The notes: generated by a model not told the origin, from the letters alone. DNA of 64,000 bases from a bacterium (GCA_016721565.1 JADKHW010000015.1:6731-70730), one strand, 5' to 3'. Numbered from the stretch's first letter, positions 8,845 to 18,321 are shown. Numbers and translations: made by a program.

Positions 8845-11800
8845 ATGGCCACCACTTCGTTTCGTAAATCTCCGTTCGAAATCCTGAAAATCCGCCGCGA
8901 CGAACTCTTCGCCGCACGCACCGACCGTCACAACGAATACCTCGGCACCGTCACAAAGTCGCCGCAAGGACTTGTCGATCACGTTCACAAAAACACCAAA
9001 CGCAAAGGCCGAGTTTTAGTTCTGGGGAACGGCCGCAGTGAAGCCTTGCGCGATTTAGTCAAACTGGGCTTCCAAGTCACGCTCGCCGATTGGTCACCGC
9101 TCGCTCTGGCGGCCACCGAAGACATTCGCCGCACGCTGTCGCGCCACGAAGATGCGCAGGTGCGCGGCAACTTGATTGAAGGCCCGCGCATCGCTTTGCC
9201 TGACGGAAGTTTTGACGGCATCGTGCTGACCGGAATCTTTTTGGAAATCGGTCACGCCGTTCCGCTGGTCAAAGAGTGTTCAAGATTGCTGGCTGACAAC
9301 GGCAAGCTTACCATCGCCGTTCCGAACAATCTGGCGGCTTACCATCCCGAGCATGTGAATCTGTGGACTGAAGCGTCGCTGAATGAGTTGCTCTCGCTGT
9401 TCTTTGACAACGTGAACATCACTTCGGACAAAGACATGTTGTTCGCTACGGTGTCGAACGCCGAAACCGTTAAGCATCCGGTTATCTTCGCGATGATGAA
9501 CATTCGTAATGAAGACCGCTGGCTACGCGAAGTGCTTGACAGCGCGGCGCGTCTGTGCGACGGCATTATCGCTTACGACGCCGGTTCGACCGACAAGACG
9601 CTTGAGATTTGTCAGCTTCATCCGGCGGTGTTCGCGTTTCAGCAAGGCATCGAAACCGCAACCGACAAGGCCCGCGACAAGAACCGGATGTACACGCTCG
9701 CACTCGAACACAAATTCGATTGGATGTTGTGCATTGACGGCGATGAAGTTTTGGAGCCGACCGCGCCGGAACGCATGTTAAACGAAATTCGCAACTGCCC
9801 GCGCAACGTGTCGCAGATTGATTTCGAGTTCTTGTATCTCTGGAATGACCGCAAGCACTACCGCACCGACGGAATCTACACCGGGATTTATCATCCGTGT
9901 CTGTTCCGCCCTTTGAACCAAAAGTGGAATGAATTAAGGTTCGAGCCTACACATCACGGCGGTAACCTGCATTGCGAGCGGACACCTCAGAATTTGACGG
10001 GAGAGCGCATTCGCGCGGACATCAAGATTGAGCATCTCGGTTACATGTTTGCCGAAGACCGCGTGCGGAAATATCATTGGAACAAGAACAAAGACGTCAA
10101 ACACGCGAACGAAGGCTACTACGAGCATCTGCTCGACCAGCCGCAGATGACGCTCGCGCCGTGGGACGGCAGACCCAATACGATTCAAAAGAGGAACAGC
10201 ACTGTGGAAAAACAGACGCTCAAGCCGGATTACTACTACGCCAATGCGCGCCGCAATCTCGCCGAGCGTGTGCCCAAGACCGCTAAAGAAGTTCTCGACG
10301 TCGGGTGCGGCAATGGCGCGACAGGCAAGCTGATTCATCAACTGACCGGAGCGCGCGTTTCGGGAATTGAAATTCATCCCGAAGTCGCTAACGTTGCTCG
10401 TCAAGTTTTGGCTGATGTGCATGTTCTCGACGTGGAAGCCGATACGCTTCCATTTGCTCCGCAGCAATTTGATTGCATCCTGTGCGGCGACGTGCTGGAA
10501 CATTTGATTGATCCGTGGAAGGCGCTCAAGAAATTGATGGTTCACTTGAAGCCGACGGGCTGTATTATCGCCAGTTTGCCGAATGTGCGCAATCTCGGCG
10601 TGATCGGAAAATTGCTGGAAGGATCGTGGAACTATCAGGAATACGGTATTCTTGATAGCACACATTTGAGATTCTTTGCCAAGAAGGACATGGAGCAGTT
10701 GTTTGCACAAGCGGGATTGCGAGCCGAGCTTGTGGAAACCGTGCGGGATCCGTTGTTTGAATCACAGATGGGGTCGCTGCCGCAAGATAACTTGACGCTC
10801 GATTTGGGTGGGCTTGTATTGCGGGATGTTTCGCCGAGCGATTTGAATGAGTTGACCGCTCAGCAATTTATATTCATGGCCAAGCCGGATGTTTCGGTTT
10901 TGCCGAAGCAGAAGCCTGTGACTTCGGTTGTGATTCCGGTTTACAACAATCTGAATTACACGAAGGGTTGTTTAGCTTCACTGTTTGCCGCGCAAGAGCA
11001 AACGCCATTTGAAGTAATTGTCGTGGACGACGGTTCGACTGACGGGACGGCGGAATATTTGACTTCGCTTGGAAATGAAATCACAGTTGTAACACATGAC
11101 CACAACTATGGCTTTGCGAGATCCTGTAATGACGGTGCGCGTGCTTCGACCGGACAGCTTGTCGTTTTTTTAAACAATGACACGGAAGTTCTGCCGAATT
11201 GGCTGGACGCAATGGTCAAGACGATTTCCGAAGATCGCTCCATCGGCATCGTCGGCAACATGCAGATCTATCCGAACACCAACACGATTCAGCAGGCGGG
11301 CATCGTGTGCGACGAGCGCGCGATGGTGCACAGCATTTACAACAATCAGCTTCCGATTGACCATCCGGCAGTTAACAAGCCGCGCGCGTTTCAGTTTATT
11401 GCCGGAAGTTGCTTGATGATTTGGAGACAGTTGTTCATGGAGGTCGGCGGCTTTGATGAAAGCTATGTCAACTCGTGCGAGGATATTGACCTCTGCATGA
11501 GAGTGACGCAAACTCGCCGCAAGGTTTGGTATTGCCCCGAGAGCAAAATCTATCATCACGAATCGAAGACGGTTACGGGTCACGACAAAAACGGCGCGAA
11601 CTATCAGAGACTGCTGGCGCGTTGGAAAGATTTGATGTTGGCTGACTCCGACCGCTACTATCTTGAAGACGGCTTCATGCGCCTCGCTGACGGTCGAATT
11701 ACTCCGCTTGACAAAAAGGAAATGCCGATGCCCGAGGTGAAAGATGTTCGTGTTGCTATTTTGACTACCTATCATCAGCGCTGCGGGTTGGGGATCTATG

Positions 11801-13062
11801 CCGAGCAGTTCTGTGAAGCTTTGACCAATCAAGGTGAAACCGTTTTGATATTGGCCGAGAAGACCACGGAACTCACGGCAGCGGATTTGCCGAATGTCGT
11901 GCGCTGTTGGACGCGTGACAAAGACGGTGGCCGCGAGGTTCTGCCGCTGTTGATGAAACACAAGATTGAAGTCTTGCACATCAATCATGGCGGCGTCTTT
12001 GCTCTGGACGGCTGGCTGATCGACGTGATTAAGCAGGCGCGCGCGCATGGTGTTCGCATCGTGACGACATTCCATTCGACAGAGACGCGCGACGACAAGC
12101 TTGCCGAAATTGCGCGCTTCAGCGATGCGTGCTGGGTTCATCATCAGCAGAATATCGTTGAACTTGTTGCGCTCGGTGCGCCGCTTGCGAGAGTTCAGTG
12201 TTTGCCGATTCCGATTAATTCGCTTGAGATCACCGATCTGGCTGAAGCGAAGCTCGCGCTCGATTGGGATCCGTCCCAGAAAGTTGTGGCCACGTTCGGC
12301 ATGATGGATCCGCACAAGGGGGTGATGGAACTCATCAATGCCTTCCCGCAACTGCTCGAATTGACAGACGCCAAGCTGTTGATTATCGGCGCGCCGCATC
12401 CATCGAGTGAAGAGGGACATCAGTATCTCTTGAACTGCATGAATCGTGTGATTGAGCTGAAATTGATGGACAAGATTCGGTTCCTCACCGATTATATTCC
12501 TGAAGCAGAACTCACCGTGACGCTGCAAGCGTGCGATGTGATTGTGTTGAACTATCAGAGCGAGCGCTTTGAAGGCTCTGCTTGCTTGACACGCGCGTTG
12601 GCAACGGGTCGCCCGGTCGTGACGACTAATTCACCTGCGCTTGACATTTCTGCACCTGTAACGCTGCGCACGACAGAGCAGTTTGATTTGCCGCGTGTGA
12701 TTTTCCGCGCCTTGACCAATCCGTTCCTCTGCCGAAACCTGCTTGATGAAGTGACCGAATATGCGGGCAACATGAATTGGGAGAATTTCGCGCGTAAGCA
12801 CTTGGCAACTTACGAACAGGTTATCACGCACGAGCAGGCTTGCACGACGGACTTGCTGAAGTACTACGGAACACATCCGGACGACATCTACACTGAGGAG
12901 CTTCAGCGCGAGCGCGTGCGTTGGCTAGCGAGCAAGGCGAGCGGACGGATTCTTGAGATTGGACCGCCAACGGTTAAATCGTGCAGTTTGTGGGTGGGCA
13001 TGAGGCGGTTGACATTTATCGTGAGCGCCTTGACGTGGCGCGCGCGCTACGTCCGTCGGTGA
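8845..13062 (+). CDS. Multidomain methyltransferase/glycosyltransferase mega-enzyme (MTase-GT2-MTase-GT2-GT4-[MTase])
   Basis: 1405-aa ORF with these modules:
- Class I SAM-MTase (VLVLGNGRSE..DGIVLTGIF)
- GT2-like (YDAGSTDKT..CIDGDEVL)
- Second MTase (VLDVGCGNGATG..DCILCGDVLEHLIDP)
- GT2 (VVIPVYNNLNYT..VIVVDDGSTDGT..FLNNDTEV..CEDIDLCMR)
- GT4/GT1 (RFEGSACLTRALATGRPVVTT)
- A third MTase beginning at GRILEIG
The last roughly 30 codons before 13062 are out of frame. Confidence 0.85.
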   Translation: MATTSFRKSPFEILKIRRDELFAARTDRHNEYLGTVTKSPQGLVDHVHKNTKRKGRVLVLGNGRSEALRDLVKLGFQVTLADWSPLALAATEDIRRTLSRHEDAQVRGNLIEGPRIALPDGSFDGIVLTGIFLEIGHAVPLVKECSRLLADNGKLTIAVPNNLAAYHPEHVNLWTEASLNELLSLFFDNVNITSDKDMLFATVSNAETVKHPVIFAMMNIRNEDRWLREVLDSAARLCDGIIAYDAGSTDKTLEICQLHPAVFAFQQGIETATDKARDKNRMYTLALEHKFDWMLCIDGDEVLEPTAPERMLNEIRNCPRNVSQIDFEFLYLWNDRKHYRTDGIYTGIYHPCLFRPLNQKWNELRFEPTHHGGNLHCERTPQNLTGERIRADIKIEHLGYMFAEDRVRKYHWNKNKDVKHANEGYYEHLLDQPQMTLAPWDGRPNTIQKRNSTVEKQTLKPDYYYANARRNLAERVPKTAKEVLDVGCGNGATGKLIHQLTGARVSGIEIHPEVANVARQVLADVHVLDVEADTLPFAPQQFDCILCGDVLEHLIDPWKALKKLMVHLKPTGCIIASLPNVRNLGVIGKLLEGSWNYQEYGILDSTHLRFFAKKDMEQLFAQAGLRAELVETVRDPLFESQMGSLPQDNLTLDLGGLVLRDVSPSDLNELTAQQFIFMAKPDVSVLPKQKPVTSVVIPVYNNLNYTKGCLASLFAAQEQTPFEVIVVDDGSTDGTAEYLTSLGNEITVVTHDHNYGFARSCNDGARASTGQLVVFLNNDTEVLPNWLDAMVKTISEDRSIGIVGNMQIYPNTNTIQQAGIVCDERAMVHSIYNNQLPIDHPAVNKPRAFQFIAGSCLMIWRQLFMEVGGFDESYVNSCEDIDLCMRVTQTRRKVWYCPESKIYHHESKTVTGHDKNGANYQRLLARWKDLMLADSDRYYLEDGFMRLADGRITPLDKKEMPMPEVKDVRVAILTTYHQRCGLGIYAEQFCEALTNQGETVLILAEKTTELTAADLPNVVRCWTRDKDGGREVLPLLMKHKIEVLHINHGGVFALDGWLIDVIKQARAHGVRIVTTFHSTETRDDKLAEIARFSDACWVHHQQNIVELVALGAPLARVQCLPIPINSLEITDLAEAKLALDWDPSQKVVATFGMMDPHKGVMELINAFPQLLELTDAKLLIIGAPHPSSEEGHQYLLNCMNRVIELKLMDKIRFLTDYIPEAELTVTLQACDVIVLNYQSERFEGSACLTRALATGRPVVTTNSPALDISAPVTLRTTEQFDLPRVIFRALTNPFLCRNLLDEVTEYAGNMNWENFARKHLATYEQVITHEQACTTDLLKYYGTHPDDIYTEELQRERVRWLASKASGRILEIGPPTVKSCSLWVGMRRLTFIVSALTWRARYVRR

Positions 13063-14574
13063 AGTTTAGCTATGGTAACATCGTCACCGGACTTCCGCAT
13101 GCAGATAAGAGTTTTGATATGGTAATGTCGCCGGAGATTTTGGAGCACGCTGAGTGGGAACAAGCGGTTGTCGCGCTTAAGGAGTGCATGCGAGTCGGCA
13201 AGCGCGTGTTGATTACGATTCCGAATGCGGATAAGCCGAACTACAATCCTGATTTGTTCATAATCCTGAACATCGCTGGCTTGTGACGCGGCAACTTGTG
13301 GACAGAATGCTCAAGGCTGCCGGTGCGATTGACTACGAACTCGATAGTTCGCATGAAGATGATTTCTATTTGATTGACATCAACAGCACTGCCACCAAAC
13401 CGAACATTCGTATGACGCCGCGGGCTGAAGCGCTACCGCACTTTGAAGTGACGCCGGGACCGAAGCTGACGATAGCCATTGACGCTGAGATGTTGATTGA
13501 CGACGCGCTATTGACGACCGAGACGGGCCGTTACTTCCTTGAGATGTTGAACAACTTGCGCGAAGTGCGACCGGATTGGACGATTCAATTGGTCAGTACG
13601 CGCACGGACAAGTTGAAAGCACGCTTGAATGCCGCCGGAGCTGCCAACGAGTACCAAGTTACTTTGAGCGAGTTGACCAGGAGCGGAGCACAGGCGCTCT
13701 ATATTCCGAACCCGCTCAGTGAAGCCGCGGCAGACTCGATGCGCGTGGCGAAGGAGGCCGGACTTATCGTTACGTGCACGATGAATGATCTGGCACCGCT
13801 GGCATTCCCGCAATATTATTTGACACACGATCCAGCTGCGCGAGCGCTATATTACTTCGTTGAATGCTCTGAAAGAGTATTGTGATGTCTCGATGTGCAC
13901 AACTCAGGCGACGCTGCAAGAGATGGATTCGTTTGGGAACAAAGCTCAAGAATTTGCGCGTGCTGCATGGTGGTGCGACTTTGTCGAAGAATATCGCTTC
14001 CACAGAATATGTGAATTTGGAATTGCGAGCAGCAGCTCGATCCCACTACGCCTTATTTCTTGCATGCCGGCGAGCTTGGACCGGTCAAGAATCTGCGGGC
14101 GATCTTGCTTGCGGTAGATGAAATTCGTAAGACGACCGAACCGCGTGTAAGCTTGTGCTGGCGTGCAATCTGAATGCGAAGGCAACCGAGCAATTGCTAT
14201 CGGCAGTTCAGCGTGACGGACTGGATCCGAATCTGTTGGTAATTGCTCCGCAGATTGACGACGCGGATTTGACCAAGCTTTATCTTGACGCGGTGGCGCT
14301 CCTCAACCCGAGTTTGTTGGAAGGGCTGTCGCTTTCACTTGTGAACGCGATTGAATTGGGAACGCCGATTATTGCGGCGAAGCAGCTTGCTCAAGAAGAA
14401 ACCTGCGGTGACGCGGCAATCTATGTTGATGCTCTGAATGTCACTGACCTTGTCAACGCGGCTCGACAGCTTTTACTTGAGCCGTCCGCGAGAATGAAGC
14501 TCATCAACGCCTCACGCGGTGAAGCCACACGCTTCAACTGGAAGCGCCTGGCGGAAAGCTCGCGGTCTATGTAA
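12952..14574 (+). pseudogene. Frameshift-riddled continuation: third SAM-MTase domain + GT4 glycosyltransferase
   Basis: Homology continues across ORFs 12981..13286, 13283..13885, 13860..14117, 13882..14121 and 14155..14574. Recognisable pieces:
- IVQFVGGHEAVDIYRERL..MVMSPEILEH
- NPEHRWLVTRQLVDRMLKAAGA
- GT4 pieces RERYITSLNALKEYCDV, LRVLHGGATL, PYFLHAGELGPVKNLRAILLAV, LNPSLLEGLSLSLVNAIELGTPII
Frame switches fall near 12975, 13255, 13827, 13935, 14040 and 14145. Confidence 0.7.
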
Positions 14575-14653
14575 CGGAGTTGGTTGTGAAACAAGCAAAA
14601 CACCCCCGGCTAAGCGTAGTAAAGTATTGGCTAGAGAATTTCTGTGACGCTCT

Positions 14654-14682
14654 TTGACAATTGTTTACCAAAATGGTATATT
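14654..14682 (+). promoter_or_regulatory. Sigma70-type promoter
   Basis: -35 TTGACA (14654-14659), a 17-nt spacer ending in TGg (extended -10), and -10 TATATT (14677-14682). Confidence 0.6.
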
Positions 14683-14689
14683 TACCACA

Positions 14690-14755
14690 ATGAAAACGCA
14701 ATGCCATGTTCGTTGTTCTATGATTTGTACGATGTGCCGAAAGGGGCATGCGTAG
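14690..14755 (+). CDS. Candidate leaderless 21-codon Cys/Met-rich micro-ORF (leader peptide or part of an sRNA)
   Basis: ATG at 14690 sits 8 nt after the -10 hexamer. The ORF translates to MKTQCHVRCSMICTMCRKGHA with stop TAG at 14753-14755. There is no SD. It is shorter than the ORF-track cutoff. Confidence 0.3.
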   Translation: MKTQCHVRCSMICTMCRKGHA

Positions 14756-14792
14756 GCGGCAACGTGCGTTTGAATTGTAAATGACAAAGACA

Positions 14793-14823
14793 AAGAACCC
14801 GCCGAATTAGGCGGGTTCTTTTT
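14793..14823 (+). terminator. Rho-independent terminator / possible attenuator
   Basis: AAGAACCCGCC-gaatta-GGCGGGTTCTT forms an 11-bp stem followed by a T-run. It lies 18 nt upstream of the mgsA start. Confidence 0.8.
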
Positions 14824-14841
14824 ATGTAAGGAACTTGTGTA

Positions 14842-15240
14842 GTGAACATTGCATTGATTGCGCACGACGCTAAGAAGCTTGACATGGCGGAGTGGGCTGA
14901 ATATAATAAGCTCACCCTGAGCAAACATACGATTTACGCCACTGGAACAACGGGTGAAGTGGTGAATCGTGCTACGGGAATTCCGATCATCCGCTTGAAG
15001 AGCGGACCACTGGGCGGTGATCAACAGATTGGCGCGTTGATTGCCGAGGGACAAGTTGACGTGCTCATTTTCTTTTGGGATCCTATGGACACCCACCCAC
15101 ATGACCCGGACGTGAAGGCTTTGCTCAGGCTGGCTGTATTGTATGATATTCCGACTGCTTGCAACAAACGCACGGCGGATTATCTAATTTCTTCACTTAT
15201 GTGGAATCGCGACGACAAGAAAGAGGAGATAAGTGGCTGA
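14842..15240 (+). CDS. mgsA: Methylglyoxal synthase
   Basis: 132 aa with a GTG start preceded by AAGGAA. Near-textbook MgsA motifs: [57 protein letters not shown]. Confidence 0.92.
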   Translation: MNIALIAHDAKKLDMAEWAEYNKLTLSKHTIYATGTTGEVVNRATGIPIIRLKSGPLGGDQQIGALIAEGQVDVLIFFWDPMDTHPHDPDVKALLRLAVLYDIPTACNKRTADYLISSLMWNRDDKKEEISG

Positions 15241-15259
15241 ACAAAGGGGAGAACTAGAA

Positions 15260-15878
15260 ATGCGTGAACGACTCATCGAAGTAATTCATTTTCTTCATTG
15301 GCGCGGTTGGGCGCCGGGAACCGGCGGGAATTTTAGCGCGCTGATAAGTGAGTCACCGCTGAGGTTGCTCATGTCGCCGAGCGGCTACAACAAAGGAGGC
15401 TTGGTACCGAGCGACCTCTTGGTTGTAGATGCCGCCGGTCGGAAAATTGAGGGTGAGGGCAAACCTTCTGCGGAAACGTTGCTGCATTTAGTCCTTACAA
15501 AGAAGACCGGAGCGAAATCCGTGCTGCATACGCATTCGGTATGGAACACGTTGCTTTCGGATATTTATGCTGTGCAGGGCGTGCTTGAGCTTTCTCATTA
15601 TGAGATGCTCAAAGGTTTGGGCGGCATTCAAACTCATGAGCATACTGAGCGAGTGCCCATTGTTGAAAACTCACAGGATATCCCGGCGTTGACGAATAAA
15701 ATTGAAGACTTACTCAAGCGGCAGCCCAATCTGCATGGCATTCTGTTGCGCAATCACGGACTTTACACATGGGGTTCCCTCGCCGGAAGACGCACAACGG
15801 CATGTGGAGATTTTCGAGTTCTTGTTTGAAGTTGTTGGACGCAAGCTTTCCCTTTCGCATTCGCATAGGAGTTTTTGA
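15260..15878 (+). CDS. mtnB: Methylthioribulose-1-phosphate dehydratase (class II aldolase/adducin fold); one frameshift near 15778
   Basis: ATG at 15260 follows AAAGGGGAG. Motifs [17 protein letters not shown] and [10 protein letters not shown]. The conserved C-terminus [23 protein letters not shown] is in the +1 frame after the CCC run at 15777-15779 and ends at TGA 15876-15878. Confidence 0.85.
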
Positions 15879-15880
15879 GC

Positions 15881-16447
15881 ATGGCTGTTGTACGCATACC
15901 TGATGAAGAGCGCACGCTGCGCGAGTTTGGCGAAATCAAAGCGTTTTTGGCGAGCATTAACATCGGCTTTGAAAATTGGAAGACTGAGAATCCGGTGAAG
16001 GGAAGCTCTTCAACTGAGGAGATTCTTGAAGCGTATGCGAAGGAAATAGAGGTGCTTAAAGCTTCAGGCGGCTATGTGACTGCAGATGTGATTGACGTGA
16101 AACCGGACACGCCGAATTTAGATGTTATGCTGGCAAAATTCAGCCGAGAGCATTGGCACGATGAAGATGAGGTGCGGTTCATTATTGAAGGGCATGGCAT
16201 TTTTCATCTGCGACCGCAAGACGGGCCGGTTGTGGCTGTTGAGGTTGAAGCTGGTGACTTGATGCGTGTTCCGGCGGGGACTTGGCATTGGTTTGATTTG
16301 TGTGGCGATCGCAGGATTCGTGCGATTCGTTTGTTTCAAGATCCGACGGGTTGGACGCCGCATTACACGGAGAGCGGAGTGGATAAGGGATATCTGCCTG
16401 TGTGTTTCGGATTAACTTTCATTCCGGCGGAGTTGCAAAAGTACTAA
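15881..16447 (+). CDS. mtnD: Acireductone dioxygenase (ARD, cupin)
   Basis: [21 protein letters not shown] and VPAGTWHWF. An ATG at 15881 lies inside the TTG-started ORF 15875..16447. Confidence 0.88.
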   Translation: MAVVRIPDEERTLREFGEIKAFLASINIGFENWKTENPVKGSSSTEEILEAYAKEIEVLKASGGYVTADVIDVKPDTPNLDVMLAKFSREHWHDEDEVRFIIEGHGIFHLRPQDGPVVAVEVEAGDLMRVPAGTWHWFDLCGDRRIRAIRLFQDPTGWTPHYTESGVDKGYLPVCFGLTFIPAELQKY

Positions 16448-16450
16448 CAC

Positions 16451-17170
16451 ATGCCCAACACTGTTGCGCTATACTTGCTTGATGTTGAAGGGACAACAAC
16501 GCCGATTGATTTTGTGCATCGGACGTTGTTTGGGTACGCAAAACGAGTGATGTCGAAGTTTCTTGCCAGTTATGCGGAAGACGGGAATTTGCTGGTGAAA
16601 CTTGCTGAGTTACGCGAAGAGTATCAGCGTGATCGTATTGGGGGGTTGGTTAAAGACCTTTGGTCGAATAGTGATCGACCGGAAGATGCTTTGACTTATA
16701 TTCAATGGCTTATCAGTGTAGATCGCAAGTCGCCTCAACTGAAGTGGATTCAGGGGAAGATTTGGCAAGAGGGGTATGTCAGCGGAGAATTGAAGGGTGA
16801 AGTATTCCCTGACGTGCCGATTGCGTTGGAGAGATGGAGTCATTCGGGGATTGCGACAGCGATCTATTCATCGGGAAGTGTGCTTGCGCAACGGTTGTTA
16901 TTTGGTTATTCGACTGCAGGGGATTTGACGTCTTACATTGACGCATATTTTGATACGGCAGTTGGAGGAAAGCGAGACTCAGAAAGCTACAAAAATATTG
17001 CGGAGGTACTGGATGTACCTCCGCAAGAAATATTGTTCGTCTCGGATGTCGCGGAAGAATTAGCTGCGGCACGCGAGGCGGGAATGCAGATTGTGCTCTC
17101 AATTAGGCCGGGGAATGCTCCTGTCGCGGGAGAGTTTCGTCGGATTGAGAGCTTTGACGAGTTGGATTAG
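16451..17170 (+). CDS. mtnC: Enolase-phosphatase E1 (acireductone synthase, HAD family)
   Basis: LLDVEGTTTPIDFV, IYSSGSV and LFVSDVAEELAAAREAGM. Stop codon is TAG. Confidence 0.88.
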   Translation: MPNTVALYLLDVEGTTTPIDFVHRTLFGYAKRVMSKFLASYAEDGNLLVKLAELREEYQRDRIGGLVKDLWSNSDRPEDALTYIQWLISVDRKSPQLKWIQGKIWQEGYVSGELKGEVFPDVPIALERWSHSGIATAIYSSGSVLAQRLLFGYSTAGDLTSYIDAYFDTAVGGKRDSESYKNIAEVLDVPPQEILFVSDVAEELAAAREAGMQIVLSIRPGNAPVAGEFRRIESFDELD

Positions 17171-18321
17171 ATCTTGGCTAAGTTTTGTTTGGCGCGCTCT
17201 AAGGTTTCATCGGGAACAGCGTAGCAGAAGCGGAGGAAGTTTGAGCGCTTGGTGTCGCCTTTGACGACACTGCCTAAGAAATCGGATGCTGGCACAGCGC
17301 CTAAGTGCGCCTTATCGATCAGTAGGTCTGAGACTTGTTCTGATGTCATGCCCGGGAATTTTTCGGAAGTTCCGGCCAGCATGTAGTACGCGCCTTGAGG
17401 TTTCAAGGCATTGAAGCCAGCGCTTGATAACGCCTCGTGGAGATATGCACGTTTAGATGCATATTCTGCGAGGCGATTTTCGTAATAGGAATCGGGAAGT
17501 TCTTCTATTCCTTTGGCGACAGCGTGCTGTAACGGCGTGGGCGCGCAGACGTAGATTTGATCGTTGAGAGTGCGGAAGTTGTTAATCATCGATAGCGGTG
17601 CGGCAAGATAGCCGATGCGCCACCCTGTGATGGCAAAGGTTTTGGAATATGACCCAACTGTCAGTACGACATCTTGCAGGCCGGGCAACGAGGCCATCGA
17701 GATGTGTTTGCGGCCATCGTAGGTCATATATTCATAGACCTCGTCGCTAATGACAGGAATATTGCGTTTAACGCAATGGTCGCCGATGAATTGCAGTTCG
17801 CTCTCGGTAAAGACTTTGCCGGTCGGGTTGTGCGGTGTGTTGACCAATACGAGTTTGGTGTTGGGAGTAATTGCGCGAGCCAGCTCATCAGGATCGAAAT
17901 TCCAGTCCGGATATTTCAGTTCGACGAAGTTTATCTTGACGCCTTTGCGGGCGAACATTTTGGAGTGGTAGGGGTAGAACGGTCTGAAGAGCACGACTTC
18001 GTCACCGGCTTGAAGGAGAGTTTCGCTGACGACTTCGAGCGCACCAGTGGAGCCTGCGGTGACCAACACGTTTTCAGTTTCGTAGGGGATTCTATTGAAC
18101 GTATTTAGGCGTTTGGCAATGGCCACGCGGAGTGACTCGATACCTTGTGGGGGAGCGTAAGTGTTGAAGCCTTTGTGGACGGCGGTGTTTGCGGCATCGA
18201 GAATGATTTCAGGAGACGGCAATAGGCAAACGCCTTGACCGAGATTGACGCCGTTTAATTTGGCAACGCGGAGGGTGACTTCGCGAAGCGCTGGTGGTTC
18301 AAAAATTTCTTGGAAGTTCAT
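17167..18321 (-). CDS. PLP-dependent class I/II aminotransferase (YbdL/KAT-like; plausible KMTB transaminase of Met salvage)
   Basis: 384 aa with NLGQG, NTPHNPTGKVF and the PLP-Lys motif SYSKTFAITGWRIGY. It is convergent with mtnC and overlaps it by 4 nt. Confidence 0.85.
   Translation of the reverse strand: MNFQEIFEPPALREVTLRVAKLNGVNLGQGVCLLPSPEIILDAANTAVHKGFNTYAPPQGIESLRVAIAKRLNTFNRIPYETENVLVTAGSTGALEVVSETLLQAGDEVVLFRPFYPYHSKMFARKGVKINFVELKYPDWNFDPDELARAITPNTKLVLVNTPHNPTGKVFTESELQFIGDHCVKRNIPVISDEVYEYMTYDGRKHISMASLPGLQDVVLTVGSYSKTFAITGWRIGYLAAPLSMINNFRTLNDQIYVCAPTPLQHAVAKGIEELPDSYYENRLAEYASKRAYLHEALSSAGFNALKPQGAYYMLAGTSEKFPGMTSEQVSDLLIDKAHLGAVPASDFLGSVVKGDTKRSNFLRFCYAVPDETLERAKQNLAKI

Noticed and set aside
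11170-12528. 452-aa ORF antisense to the mega-enzyme gene. Similar long shadow ORFs occur at 9934..10710(-), 5748..6371(-), 31700..32332(-), 40016..40693(+) and 50196..50831(-).
   Set aside because: Each lies entirely inside, and antisense to, a gene with clear family motifs. Their translations have no recognisable motifs, are R/H/N/Q-rich and lack signal or start contexts. These are typical shadow ORFs.
12970-12985. Programmed -1 ribosomal frameshift at GGTTAAATCG joining the mega-enzyme to the next ORF.
   Set aside because: There is no X_XXY_YYZ slippery heptamer and no obvious downstream pseudoknot. Five more frame breaks follow within 1.2 kb, so error or decay is the simpler explanation.
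14575-14841. SAM (S-box, SAM-II/V, SAM-SAH) riboswitch or T-box upstream of the methionine-salvage operon.
   Set aside because: The segment between promoter and terminator is only about 135 nt. It lacks the S-box four-way-junction consensus and any T-box (AGGGTGGNACCGCG) sequence.
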